Source: the human T2T-CHM13v2.0 reference genome, Homo sapiens. From it: a stretch of DNA of 64,000 nt. Below are positions 1 through 17,313 of this stretch, one piece after another. A model generated the notes under the pieces. It saw nothing but the letters and a program-made list of their open reading frames with translations. It was not told the DNA's origin and did not search any database. How positions within the stretch are numbered: the first letter of the stretch is position 1; each line of letters opens with the position of its first letter. Location: the NCBI RefSeq assembly GCF_009914755.1, contig NC_060925.1. One strand, written 5' to 3'. A program made the position numbers and the translations under genes.

Positions 1-2928
<2,928 letters not shown>

Positions 2929-3752
2929 GTATGAAGGGGGTCCTAAGATCAAAAAGTTTTAAAATTCTGGAATAGAGGATGATTAGAAGTGTGATGGAAA
3001 GATATATTCAAAATGTTGAAAATTGAAATAAGGTTATAATATTTGGAAATTACACCTCTATATAGATATTGTAAGTCTCTAAAAGCAGCAACTTACCAGA
3101 AAAAAAGAAGTAGTAAAAAAAGATAAACTGTGTGTAGTGGATCAAGATGATTGCGTAAGCTCATGTGCCCATAACTACTCCTACTCCAAATCCCATTGAT
3201 ATTACGGAATTATTTTTTGAGGCTACAACTATAACAATGCTCAAAAGCAAATAATAATATTATCAGTAATTAAGGAATTTTAATATACATAGAAAATATA
3301 AGAGAACTTACAGAAGTAGAATATATATTACAGACTCAAATAATGCAGAATAACCTCCTTCTCACTCAAAACACAGAAATGCCTATAGAAAATATATGTG
3401 TGTACACTGCCAGTACACACACTCACAGACCTTTACGTTAATATAGGTGCGGTGTGCATATGGAATTTAAGAGCAGGAAAAGGAATTTCCTGATGGTCAG
3501 AAATAATTAAGGAACTCAAAGCCAGAGTTGCAAGATTGAATTAGAACAGAATGTGAGCTTTCTAGAAAATATACAACTAAACATACAAATGAATATTATT
3601 CCTTTTTTGTTTTATTTTATAGTTAAAAGTAGTGAAAAAGGGGTGATGTTTTAATGATTTTATGGGAATAGGGAATGAAAGTTTCGGCCTGTGGGAGTAA
3701 AGGGAGCTGAAACTAACCTCCCTATATGAAGTTAGGATTTAGAAAATGTCTT

Positions 3753-4058
3753 GGCCAGGAGCGGTGGCTCACGCCTGTACAAATCCCAGAACTTTGGGAG
3801 GCTGAGGCAGGCAGATCATGAGGTCAGGAGATTGAGACCATCCTGGCCAACACAGTGAAACCCAGTCTCTACTAAAGATACAAAAATTATTTCAGCATGG
3901 TGGTGCATGCCTGTAATCCCAGCTACTCGGGAGGCTGAGGCTGGAGAATCACTTGAACCAGGGAGTCAGAGATTGCAGTGAGCCGAGATTGCGCCACTGC
4001 ATTCCCGCCTGGCGACAGAGCGAGACTCCATCTTAAAAAATAATAATAATAATAAAAT
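3753..4058 (+). mobile_element. AluS
   Basis: Alu dimer starting GGCCAGGAGCGGTGGCTCACGCC, with an A-rich tail. Confidence 0.95.
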
Positions 4059-5816
4059 ATTTAAAATGTATAAATGTCTGTAAAATGGGGACTGGTAAAG
4101 CTCTACTGACTGGCTTAGGATAATTACAAAGAAATGATACACCTCTTTTTGGGGCTGTAAACAGATAAGGGATTACCCAGATTTCAGATGCACATCCTAA
4201 TTTAACAGCCCAAGAGATTCGGAACCTACAGCTAAGAAATAAATACAAATACAACTTTGCAAGCAGTCAAACACATAGCGCCCAGGCGGAAGTGATTGCA
4301 AAACCTATTTCCATGACGTGACCTTGCTGAGTTTTGATTTATATTCAGGCGTGTGAAATCAGTAACAAAAACAAAAACAAAAAAGGATCAGTAACAAAAT
4401 TACCTAGAAAATCCCCATGTTGGGGAATTTAAACATTTCTGTATCCATGGGCCAAAAAAGAAACCAATCGTTTAAACTAAACAATTAAGACCTCCAGGCA
4501 GATAGTAAAGGACACAAAACACCTTTACTCCTGCTTTAAAAAGAAATCACATGATAAAATTTTAAAATCCTTTAAAGAATCAAAGAGCTGTGAGTAAAAT
4601 GAAATCTAAAGGTGTTACATTCCAGAAGAATGAGTCCTTGCTAGGTGAACAAAAGCCTGAGAGTGTTTTCACGCTTAGGACCACTAGCTAAGGTTGGAGG
4701 CAGGACAGAAGAGCAAACTGGCCAATGATGGATGGGTAGACTTGGCTGGGATGAGGTGAAACCAGTTGAACTTTTGACTCATGTGTGAGCTGGTGTATCT
4801 GATTTGAATCTGAAAGAGTACAAAAGCAAAGATAATTCTCTCCACTTGTCAATGTCTCACATGGGAGTTTTACTTAATAACATGCATTATACCTATATGA
4901 CAAAACTTCAGAACTCTCCTGAAGGAAAGGCATACTATTTCCTTAATAAATGTCCTCTACAACATAAAGATACGGATTTTCCTGAATTTATAAATGCAAT
5001 GCCATCTTAATGAAAAAAATATACTTTTTCAGAACTAGACAAGATGTTTCCAGAATTGCTATGGATTAAACAAAAACAGTGTTCAGAAAAACACTGAATA
5101 AGAACAGGGATAGGGTACTGGTCATGGCAGGCATTGAAATACACAGTGAAGCCTTCATATTTAAAGTGTGAGATACTAACTCTTGAAAAGGCAGTCAAGA
5201 TCAATACAAAAGCATAAGAATCCAGAAATAACCAAAATACAGTTAGGTCTTTACTAAGCAATGAAGGTAGCATCTCAAATCCCTGGGGAGAAGATGGACT
5301 AGTCAATAAATGATATTTAGATAAGTGGGTAGTCACACTTACTTAATAAAAAGCAAAGATTGGAGTCATACCTTACATAGTACACCAAAATAAATTCAAA
5401 ATAATTTTACATTGAATATGTAAATACAATAAATCCAGTAACAATTAAAGAAAACATGGAAGAATTCTCTTACAACCTGGTAATTGGAGACCTTTCTAAC
5501 TATATCACAAAATCCAGAAAGCAAACCAAGCTATATGATAATTTTTACTCCATAAAGCTGGAAGATAAGTAAATGACAGATAACATGGCCAAAAATTATC
5601 ATAAACTCAAAAGAAAATGGAATACAGGTAGAAAAATACAACTGATTCAAGTAAACAAATCAATGTCTTCTTAATACGTAAAAAAATTTCAAATAAACCA
5701 TTAAAAGAGAAACAATCCAACAAAAAAAAAATGAGCGAATGAAATCCAAGTGGAACTTGAACATATGGAAAGTTGCTCAAACTTTCTCAAAATAAGAGAA
5801 ATGCAGATTTAAACTA

Positions 5817-6167
<351 letters not shown>

Positions 6168-6908
6168 TCAGACTGGCAGTAATCAATGTATGACAAAACC
6201 TGATGTTGGGAAAGAACATGAGGAAAGAAGAACTCTCATACATCACCACTGAGAGGGCATATTGGTGCAACTGCTGCAGAGAGCAGTTTATCAGTATCTA
6301 TGAAAATTGCAGTGTATTTACCCCATGACTCAACAATTACACTTTTAGGAATGTGCCCTACCAATATGCTCAAAGTTGTACAAAGTTGCTCATTGTAGCA
6401 TTGACTGATTATAATGGCAAGGGAGAAACAAACGTTTATCAGTAGGTTACTGGTTAAATAAATTGTAGTTCCTCCATAATTTAGAATAACATCCAACTGA
6501 AAAATCAGTGAAAATATGTAAAGATCTCTAAAATAACTTTAGATGATGAACAGAAGATTCAGAAAAAATATGTTTAGCATGCTAGCATTTTGTAAAAGGG
6601 ATGAAAATAATATATCTATTGGTTATACACAAACATTTTATAGGAATCTAAGCAAGAACTTACGAATAATACTTACCTATGGGGTGCAGATGGATTTATG
6701 GGAATTGAGTGATGGAGTACAGGGTGGGAGAGACAGCTTTTGCTATATTTTTAATATAATTTTTAAGTATATGAATATTCAAGAAAAATAAGAAAGAAAA
6801 TTAGTTCTGCATCTATTGAACTCTCATCAAGTGACAAATGTTAAGTTACAAGCGTGATTTCATTTTTATAAAAAGTATGTGAGTGGGGGGGTGAGGTTGT
6901 CATGTCTA

Positions 6909-7260
<352 letters not shown>

Positions 7261-7316
7261 CTAAAAAAGAAATTTGTACAAAATGTAAAGAAATGCAAAC
7301 AAATTTTATTTTCTAG

Positions 7317-7394
7317 CTTATCACTGTGTGGGCATATGATCCAGAAAGTGCAGATCCTGATGAGTTGCTGGGGAATGCAGAAGAACCTTCAATA
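7317..7394 (+). CDS. CATSPERE: CATSPERE internal coding exon A (78 nt, phase 0-0): LITVWAYDPESADPDELLGNAEEPSI
   Basis: Acceptor ttttattttctAG ends at 7316 and donor GTAGGT starts at 7395. The 26 open codons match the recalled human CATSPERE/C1orf101 sequence and join exon B in frame. Confidence 0.93.
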
Positions 7395-7626
7395 GTAGGT
7401 GGAAACATTAGTATCGTCATAGTAAGAACAGAATGCTGCCTTTCTTTTGTAGGGACTGTGAAAAATTTATAATCAATAGACAGGATTTTAAGCTGCCCAC
7501 ACCTAACTAAATACATTTGCATGATCCCTTTTAGTTTAGCCATTATAGTAGTTTTGAACTTATGCTTAATCTCTACAATAATAAACCTTTCTTTAGAACT
7601 CTAATTGAACATTCTTCATATTTTCT

Positions 7627-9480
7627 TTTTTCTTTTTATTTATTTATTTTTAAATTTTACTCTAAGTTCAGAGATATATGTACAGAATGTGCAGTTTTGT
7701 CACATAGGTATACATGTGCCATGGTAGTTTGCTGCACCTATCAACCCATCATCTAGGTTTTCAGCCCTGTATGCATTAGGTATTTGGCCAAATGCTCTCC
7801 CTCCCCTTCCCCCCCACCCCTCGACAGGCCATGGTGTGTGATGTTCCCCTCCCTGTGTTCATGTGTTCTCATTGTTCAACTCCCAATTATGAGTAAGAAC
7901 ATGTGGTGTTTGGTTTTCTGTTCTTGTGTTAGTTTGCTGAAGATGATGGTTTCCAGTTTCATCCATGTCCCTGCAAAGGACATGAACTCATCCTTTTTTA
8001 TGACTGCATAGTATTCCATGGTATATATGTGCCACATTTTCTTTATCCAGTCTCTCATTGATGGGCATCTGGGTTGGTTCCAAGTCTTTGCTGTTGTGAA
8101 TAGTGCTGCAATAAACATACGTGTGCATGTGTCTTTATATTAGAATGATTTATAATCCTTTGGGTTATATACCCACTAATGGGATTGCTGGGTCAAATGG
8201 TATTTCTGGTTCTAGATCCTTGAGGAATTGCCACACTGTCTTCCACAATGGTTGAACTAATTTACACTCCCACCAACAGTGTAAAAACGTTCCTATTTCT
8301 CTGCATCCTCACCAGCATCTGTTGTTTCCAGACTTTTTAATGATAGCCATTCTAACTGGGTGCAAGATAGTATCTCATTATGGATTTGATTTGCATTTCT
8401 CTTATGACCAGTGATGATGAGCTTTTTTTTCATATGTTTGCTGGCTGCATAAATGTCTTCTTTTGAGAAGTGCCTGCTTATATCCTTTGCCCACTTTCTG
8501 ATGGAGTTGTTTTTTTAATTGTAAATTTGTTTAAGTCCCTTGTAGATTCTGGATATTAGACTTTTGTCAGATGGATAGATTGCAAAAATTTTCTCCCATT
8601 CTGTAGTTTGCCTTTTCACTCTGATGGTAGTTTCTTTTGCTCCGCAGAAGCTCTTTAGCTTAATTAGATCCCATTTGTCAATTTTGGCTTTTGTTGCAAT
8701 TGCTTTTGGTGTTTTAGTCATGAAGTCTTTGCCCATGCCTATATCCTGAATGGTATTGCCTAGGTTTTCTTCTAGGGTTTTTATGGTTTTAGGTTTTACA
8801 TTTAAGTCTTTAATCCATCTTAAGTTAATTTTTGTGTGAGGTTTAAGGAAGGGGTCCAGTTTCTGTTTTCTGAATAAGGTTAGCCAGTTTTCCCAGTATC
8901 ATTTATTAAATAGGGAATCCTTTCCCCATTGCTTATTTTTGTCAGGTTTGTCGAAGATCAGATGGTTGTAAATGTGTGGCGTTATTTCTGAGGCCTCTGT
9001 TCTGTTCCATTGGTCTATATATCTGTTTTGTTACCAGTACCATGCTGTTTTGGTTACTGTAGCTTTGTAGTATAGTTTCAAGTCAGGTAGCGTGATGCCT
9101 CTAGCTTTGTTCTTTTTGCTTAGGATCGTCTTGGCTATTCAGGCTCTGTTTTGGTTCCATATGAAATTTAAAGTAGTTTTTTCTAGTTCTGTGAAGAAAG
9201 TCAGTGGTAGCTTGATGGGAATAGCATTGAATCTATAAATTACTGCTGGCAGTATGGCCATTTTCACAACATTGATTCTTCCTATCCATGAGCATGGAAT
9301 TTTTTCCATTTGTTTGTGTCCTCTCTTATTTCCTTGAGCAGGGGTTTGTAGTTCTCCTTGAGAGGTCCCTCACATCCCTTGTAAGTTGTATTCCTAGATA
9401 TTTTATTCTCTTTGTAGCAATTATGAATGGGAGTTCACTCATGATTTGGCTCTCTGCTTTTCTGTTATTGGTGTATAGGG
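7627..9480 (-). mobile_element. 5'-truncated L1PA7/8-like, antisense to the gene
   Basis: Minus-strand ORF2 peptides (7876..8118, 8515..8736, 9326..9523), a T-rich tail at the left end, and TSD CATATTTTCT at 7617-7626 and 9481-9490. Confidence 0.93.
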
Positions 9481-10089
9481 CATATTTTCTATTAACCTCA
9501 TCATTCATGAAGGGGCTGACCATTAAGGTGCTTTAGAGATGTTCCTTGAGCATCCATATCAAAACCTTCTTTAAAAATCTGTCTAATCACTTATTGAATC
9601 CTTTATCACTTGAAGATAAATGAATTTTCTAAAGGTCCAACACAGTGAATAAATAAATCCTTTCTTTTTTTGTTACAAATTTACCTCTTTCAAGATTTAA
9701 ATTTTGTCTTCTGTTACAATTGAAATGTATTAAAGAAAAATCTAAAATGAGGAATTAGCTAACTGTTAATTTCTCATGGGACTGTTTACATTTTAATGAG
9801 TCAAGAGCTGTCTGATTTTTAAATAGCATATTATCCTATCTCATGGTAATCAAATTCACAAGGGAAGGATTGATAAATCAGAAGGATACGCAACCAATTG
9901 TTTCATCTGGTAATCAACTTTAGAGGGAATAAAATAAATTAATGGTAATTAAACACTTTAAGTATGATATTGACTTAATTTCTAATCATTTTAAGTAAAT
10001 ATGCACATTTTAATGTTATTTAGTGCATTCATACTTAATACTTTCTTTTCATCTGCACATTTATCCATGATGATATAATTTTATTAAAT

Positions 10090-10385
10090 CCTTTCTATGG
10101 CTCTCCATTAGAAACAGCATAGACTCTTAACTCTTAGGCTCTTAATGTGAAATACAAAACCTTATCTGCCTCTGCCCCTCTTCTCTGGCCTCAGCTCTCT
10201 ACACATCTTGCCTCCGGCCACTGGACTCTGCTGTCTCCTCACACACACCTGCTGTTCTATGCATCTGTGTCTTGGCTGATGCTGTTCCCTGCACATCAAC
10301 CGCGCAGCCATTTTCTTCATCTCAGTAACTTCTACTCATGTTTTAGGTCTCTAATTAGGTGTCACTGCCTTCAAGATATCTGCCA
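10090..10385 (+). mobile_element. L2 fragment
   Basis: Degenerate L2 3'-region motifs (atggctctccatt..., aacttctactcatgttttaggtctc). Confidence 0.55.
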
Positions 10386-10961
10386 TAACCGAATCAGGGC
10401 TTTTTTTTTTCACATGAGCAGATTGAGGGGATTATTTTGAAACTACAGTTTTGATCAATCATCCACAATGATGAAATGAAGTGATGACCACCTTTATCTT
10501 TAGAAATGCTTTGTTTTACAATGTGTTTTTCTGATATAGCTAAACCAGATTTGGGGGGATGAATATTTGTATGTGGCTGTACATTTTTCCTGCTTTTACT
10601 TTAAGCTTCCTGTATCCTTACAGTTTTTTTCAAACACCAACTCAAACCAGACTTATATTTTTAATATGTGTCTTATAAACACTATAAAGTTGAGTTTTTG
10701 TTTCTGTTTTTTATCTTGACTGGCATTATATGTCTTTAATTAGAGCATTAAGTTCGTTTTCATCTAATAGAGACACAATATATTCTTAGATTTGCTTTAT
10801 ATTTGTTCTGCCTGTGTATATTCTTTTTAACTGGCAACTCTCTTCAGTTGCCAGTTAGCAGTTTTTCTGTCTCAGTGTTTTAAAGACACTGTTTCACCGG
10901 CTCCTTACTTCCACTGTTGCTGTTAGGAAACCATCTTTCTGCCTGTTCACTCCTTCGAAAG

Positions 10962-11480
10962 TGTCTTAACCTGGGCTCCCCAGAAGTGTGCTTGTAGTTC
11001 ATTTTTGGAGGTGATGCCAGGAAATAAGAGTGGAGGACCAGGAAAAGTGTGCCAGGAAAGGAGGGAGATACAATTTTTAGGCTATCACTGCCGTGGACCA
11101 CTAGAGCACAATCTTGCTGAGCTCCTCCAAGAAGCCATGTAGAATAGGTTTGAAAATTGTCCAACAGAAGAACAGAAAATGCCTCAGAGTTGCCTCACAG
11201 AGGAGAGAAAGGTTCCCATCCCCCATTGGTCAGAGGTTTCCCCCTGGCTTGTTAACTCCTGGTACTTCCTGTCCTGGTTGTGCATATCTAAGTGCAGAAT
11301 AGGTTTCCACGGGCAGCCAAGATGCAGGGATAGACAGGCCTTGACAGAGAAGGGAAAATGATGCTTGAGTTGATGATGCTAGAGTTGATGGGAGATTCTA
11401 TCAGGTTATAAATGTGTGAAGTGTGTTGCCAGAATTGGCTAGATTAAAAAGTAGGGTGCTACAGGTTACAAGAGGTGTTG
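10962..11480 (-). mobile_element. Old ERVL-class LTR (LTR16/LTR33-like) within an old antisense L1M
   Basis: tgtcttaacctgggctccccagaag...ttcatttttggaggtgatgccaggaa resembles the reverse-complemented 3' end of LTR16/33-type LTRs. Confidence 0.5.
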
Positions 11481-11903
11481 AATAAGTAAGTAATCCATCT
11501 TTTCTCCTCTGGCTGCTTTTGAGATTTTTCTCTTTGTCTTTTGTTTTCTGCAGTTTTACTATGATGTATCTAAATGTGAATTAAAAAAAATTTACTCTAC
11601 TTGGAATTATTTGACTTTATGAATCTGTGGATTGGGGTTTCCACAATCTTCTGAAAATTATTAGCCACGTCTTTTCAAATATTGTCTGTGCCTCATCATT
11701 TTTCTCCCTTTCCTCTGGGATTCCAAATAAACATGTTCTTATTCTATCTCCTGAAATTCCATTTCAACATATATTAGACCCATCTGATTCATCTGCCATC
11801 ACGTTTACCCTCTTATCAATATATTCCCTCTTTTTATCTCTCTGTGCCACGTTTGGCTCAGCTATTTCTTCTGACCAACTTCTAGGTTGCTAAAATAATT
11901 TCT

Positions 11904-12183
11904 TTTTAAAATTTTTGTTTCTTTTGAGACGAGGTCTCACTCTGTCACCCAGGCTGCAGTGCAGTGGCACAATCATGGCTCACTGCAGCCTCAGCCTCCT
12001 GGGCTCAAGTGATCCTCCCATGTAGCTAGAGCCACAGACACACACCACCACACTTGGCTAATTTTTGTGGAGACCAGGTCTTGCCACATTGCCCAGGCTA
12101 GTCTCAAACCTCTGGGCTCAAGCGATCCACCCACCTCAGCCTCCCAAAGCACTGGGATTACAGGTGGGAGCCACTGCACCTAG
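11904..12183 (-). mobile_element. AluJ
   Basis: Antisense Alu with degenerate TSD aaaa(ta/tt)atttct at 11892 and 12184. Confidence 0.92.
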
Positions 12184-12619
12184 AAAATTATTTCTAATAT
12201 GCTATTAAACCCACTCACTGAGTTACTCATATCAGTTATTTTCAGACATTTTATTTGGTTATTTAACAAATTTTGTGTTTCACTTTTATAGTTTTCTATG
12301 ACCTGGAGATATTTCATGCTTATTTTTTTCCTTTTTTTCTAAAGTTTTATTTTTGACTCTGTGTATAAGCATGTTTCTTTTTTATTTAACATGGTAACCA
12401 TAGTAGAATGTAAAACCAATGTGGGACAGTTAAATATTCCTCTGTTCACCATGTTTAACAAATAAAAGAGCACACAAATATCCAGCTATTTATCTGCACT
12501 TGAAATACTGATGGCAATACCATGTTCCTTTTATTTCATATCTAAGCATTTTGAAAGAGTTTTTTAAATATAAGGTTTCTATGTCCTCACCTTGCATTCA
12601 TTCACTTTTCAAAAACACT

Positions 12620-13970
12620 TTTTCTTTTAGAACAGTTTTAGTTTTCCAGAATTATTACAAAGATAGTACAAGGAGTTCCTGTTTATCCCACACCTAGTTT
12701 TCTCTATTATTAATATCTTCCTGTTGTATATTTGTCATAATTACTGAACCAATATTGTTACATTATTATTAATAGAAGTCCATATTTTATTCACATTTCC
12801 TCAGCTAATGTTCATTTTGTATTCCAGAATCCCACCAGGAATAGCAAATTATATTTAGTTGTCTTGTCTCTTTACGTTCTTAATTGTGACAGTTTCTAGA
12901 CTTTCATGGCTTTTGATGCCCTTGGAAATGTTGAGGATTGCTGGTCAGATATTTTGTAAAATGTCAGTCCATTGGGATTCATCTGAGATTTTTCTCATAA
13001 TCAGATTGGAGTTAGGTGTTTCAGGCAGGAAGACCGCAGAAGTAAAGTGGCATTCCCATTACGCGCAATCAAGGGCGCATACAATCATATGATGTGTCGC
13101 TGCTGATGTTTGCGTTCATCACCTGGCTTGTGATTGTGATCCTCTACTGTAAAGTTCCTCTTTCTTCTCCCTGTCCATGTTGTTCGCCTTGGAAGTAAGT
13201 CACTCAGTACAGTTATACTTTACCTTCTTAAGGAAAGGAGTATCTACATAAATATTTTTGGAATTCTTATTTTATGGCAAACTTGTCTTATCCCTGATTT
13301 ATTTATTTACTTATTCAATCATTTATTTATATCACTGTGGACTCATGAATATTTATTTTATGTTTTGGGTTACAATCCAATACTACTTTATTTATTGGGA
13401 GCTCTTTCAGTCAGCTCCTGCATCCCTTTGACATTCTCTCATCATCGTGGGGTTTTGTTGTTTGGTTGTTTTGTTGTTTTCTTTGTTGTTAACACTCTCT
13501 TTCTTACTGGCACTATAAGATGCTCCAAGCTAATCCGGTATAATTCCTGCATCATAGCACGTGCACCATCTTACATTCCCAGTCCTAGAATCAGGCATTT
13601 CTCCTAGGAGCTCTGGACCGTTTCGGTTCCTTTATTAGAGAAAGGTATTAGACATCAAGATCGGGGTACTAGGTGTGCTTTTTGATGTTTGGTTGTTTTC
13701 CTCTCTCAGCTGTCAGAGCAAGGAAACATATATGTGTGTACTAATCCAAGCATATATACACACATATCTATAAATTTTTCCATATTTAACTATCTGTATT
13801 TATATTAAGCTAAATGTGAGTTTATACAGATGGCTTCAACCCTAATCTATGACCACATTAATCATTCTGGACTCCTTGCTTGCTTAGCTGTAATCTCCTA
13901 CCTTAAGAATAAGAAACTAGACTCCCACCATCTGCCATCCATTTGCTTAACATGTATGTTTCCAGCATAC
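12620..13970 (-). mobile_element. Old L1MC/MD-type 3' region
   Basis: Characteristic motifs such as ttttagaacagttttag, ctggtcagatattttgtaaaatgtc and cccagtcctagaatcagg. Confidence 0.6.
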
Positions 13971-14039
13971 ATGTTATTAGTCAGCTCAGGTGATCCTAAC
14001 AACATACCATAGACCGGGTGGCTTAAAAAACAGAAATTT

Positions 14040-14388
<349 letters not shown>

Positions 14389-16562
14389 CTAGAAGTTTAA
14401 GATCAGGGTTTCATACTGGCTTGTAGATAATTTATGTAAATGGAATCATACAATATTTTTGACCTTTTGTAACTTAGTTCACTTAGCATAATGTCTTCAA
14501 GGTTCACCCATGTTTTAGCATGTTTCAGAATTTCTTCCCTTTTTAAGGCTGAATAATATTCCATCATATATATATAAAATATACCACATTCTGTGTGTCC
14601 ATTCATCCATCACTGGACACATGGGTTGCTTCCACCTTTTGGCTTTTGTGAACAATGCTGCTATGAACATGGATGCACAAATATCTGCTCATATCCCTGC
14701 TTTAAAAACTTTTGGGTATATACCCAGAAATGGAACTGCTAGATCCCATGGTAATTCTATTTTTATTGTTTTGAGAAACTGCCACACCATTTTCCATAGC
14801 ACCTCCACCATCTTACATTCCCATTAACAGTACACAAAGGTTCCAATTCCTCTACAGCCTCACTAACACTTGTTTTGTTTTGTCTTTGGAGGAGGGAGTT
14901 TTATTTTGTTTTTATTGAGTAACAAGATTTTTGATAATCTTGTTAATAATCTTATTAGATTGTGTATAGATTATTTTGGGGGTATATGTGATATTTTGGT
15001 ACCCATATACAATGTGTAATGATCAAATCAGGGTAATTGGGATATCCATCACCTCAAACATTTATCTTTTTTTTTGTGCTGAGAATGTTAAAAATCAACT
15101 TTCTTAGCTATTTTCAAATATACAATAAATGATTAAGCTTCACCCTACTATGCTATCAAACACTAGAGCTTATTCTATCTAACTGTGTGTTTATATCCAT
15201 TAACCAGCCTCTCTTCACCACCACCCCCACCAGCCTTCCCAGCATCTGGTGACCGCTTTTCAACTCTCTGCCTCCATGAAATCCACTTTTTTAGCTCCCA
15301 CATATGAGAACATATGATATTTCTCTTTCTATGCCTGGTATATTTCACTCAAAATAATAGCCTCCAGTTCCATGCATATTGCTGCAAATGACAGGTTTTC
15401 ATTCTTTTTTTTTATAGCTGAATAGTATTACATCATATATATAGACTGCATTTTCTTTACCCATTCTTCCATTGCTGAATATTTAGGTTGTTTCCATATT
15501 TGGCTATTGTGAATAATGCTACAATAAACATGGGGGTTCAGGTATCCCTTTGACATCCTGATTTCATTTCCTTTGGATAAATACCTAGTAGTGGGATTGC
15601 TGGATTGCATGGTAGTTTCATGTTTAGTTTTTTGAAAAATTTCCATACTGTTTTCCATAGGAGTTGTACCGATTTACATTCCTACCAACAGCATATGAGG
15701 TTACCTATCAGATGAATAGTTTGCAAGTATTTTCTCCCATTCTACAGACTGTCTCTTCACTTCATTGATTGTTTCCTTTGCTGTGTAGAAGCTTTTTAAT
15801 TTAATAAAGTCCCATTTGTCTATTTTTGTGTTTGTTGCATATGCTTTTGAAGTCTTAGCTGTAAAATGTTTGCCCAGACCAACGTCCTAAAGCATTTCCT
15901 CTGTTTTCTTCTAGTAGTTTTATAGTTTCATGTCTTACCTTTAAGTCTTTAATTCATTTTGAGTTGATATATATATAGTGAGAGATAAAGGTTTAATTTC
16001 ATCCTTCTGCATATGGATATCCAGTTTTCCCAGCACAATTTATTGAAGAGGGCATCCTTTCCCAAATGTATGTTCTTGGTGCCTTTGTCAAAAATTAGTT
16101 GGCTGTAAATATGTGGATTTATTTCTGGATTCTCTATTCTATCAGTCTATGTTTTTATAACAATACCATGCTGTTTTGTTTACTATAGCTTTGTACTGTA
16201 CTTGAAGTCAGGTTGTGTATGCCCCTAGCTTTGTTCTTTTTGCTCATTATTGTTTTGGCTACTTGGGATCTTTTGTGGTTCCATATGAATTTTAGGATTT
16301 TTTTTTCTATTTCTGTAAAGAATGTCCTTGATATTTTGATAGAGATTGCATTGAATTTGTACATTGCTCTGGGTAGTATGGTCGTTTTAACAATATTAAT
16401 TGGTCTGATACTGCAATATGGAATGTCTTTCCATTTGTTTATGTCATCTTCAATTTTTTTCCTCAGTGTTTTATACTTTTCTTTGTAGAGGTCTTTTACT
16501 TCCTGAAATTTATTCCTAGGTAATTTTTTTTGTAACTATTGTAAATGGAATTGCTTTCTTGA

Positions 16563-16915
<353 letters not shown>

Positions 16916-17031
16916 AGAAACACTACTGTTTTTTCTATGTTGATTTTGTATTGTGCAACTACTGAATTCATTTACTAGTTCTACACATTTTTTTGGTGGA
17001 ATCTAGGTTTTTCTATATATAAGATTGTGTT

Positions 17032-17313
17032 GGCTGGGTGTGGTGGCTCATACCTGTAATCCCAGCACTTTGGGAGGTCAAGGTGGTGTGGATTGCTTGA
17101 GAGGAGCTCAAGACAAGTGTGGGCAACATAGTGAGACCCTATCTCTAAAAAAAAAAAAAAAAAAAATTAGCCAGGCATAGTAGCACGTGCCTGTAGTGCC
17201 AGCTACGTGGGAGGCTAAAGCAGGAGGATCACTTGAGCCCAGGAGTTTGAGGCTGCAGTGAGCCATGATCTGAGTGAGATTCTGTGCCCCTTCCCCCACC
17301 AAAAAAAAAAAAA
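17032..17313 (+). mobile_element. AluJ
   Basis: Alu dimer with an expanded middle A tract and TSD aa(g/a)attgtgt. Confidence 0.9.
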
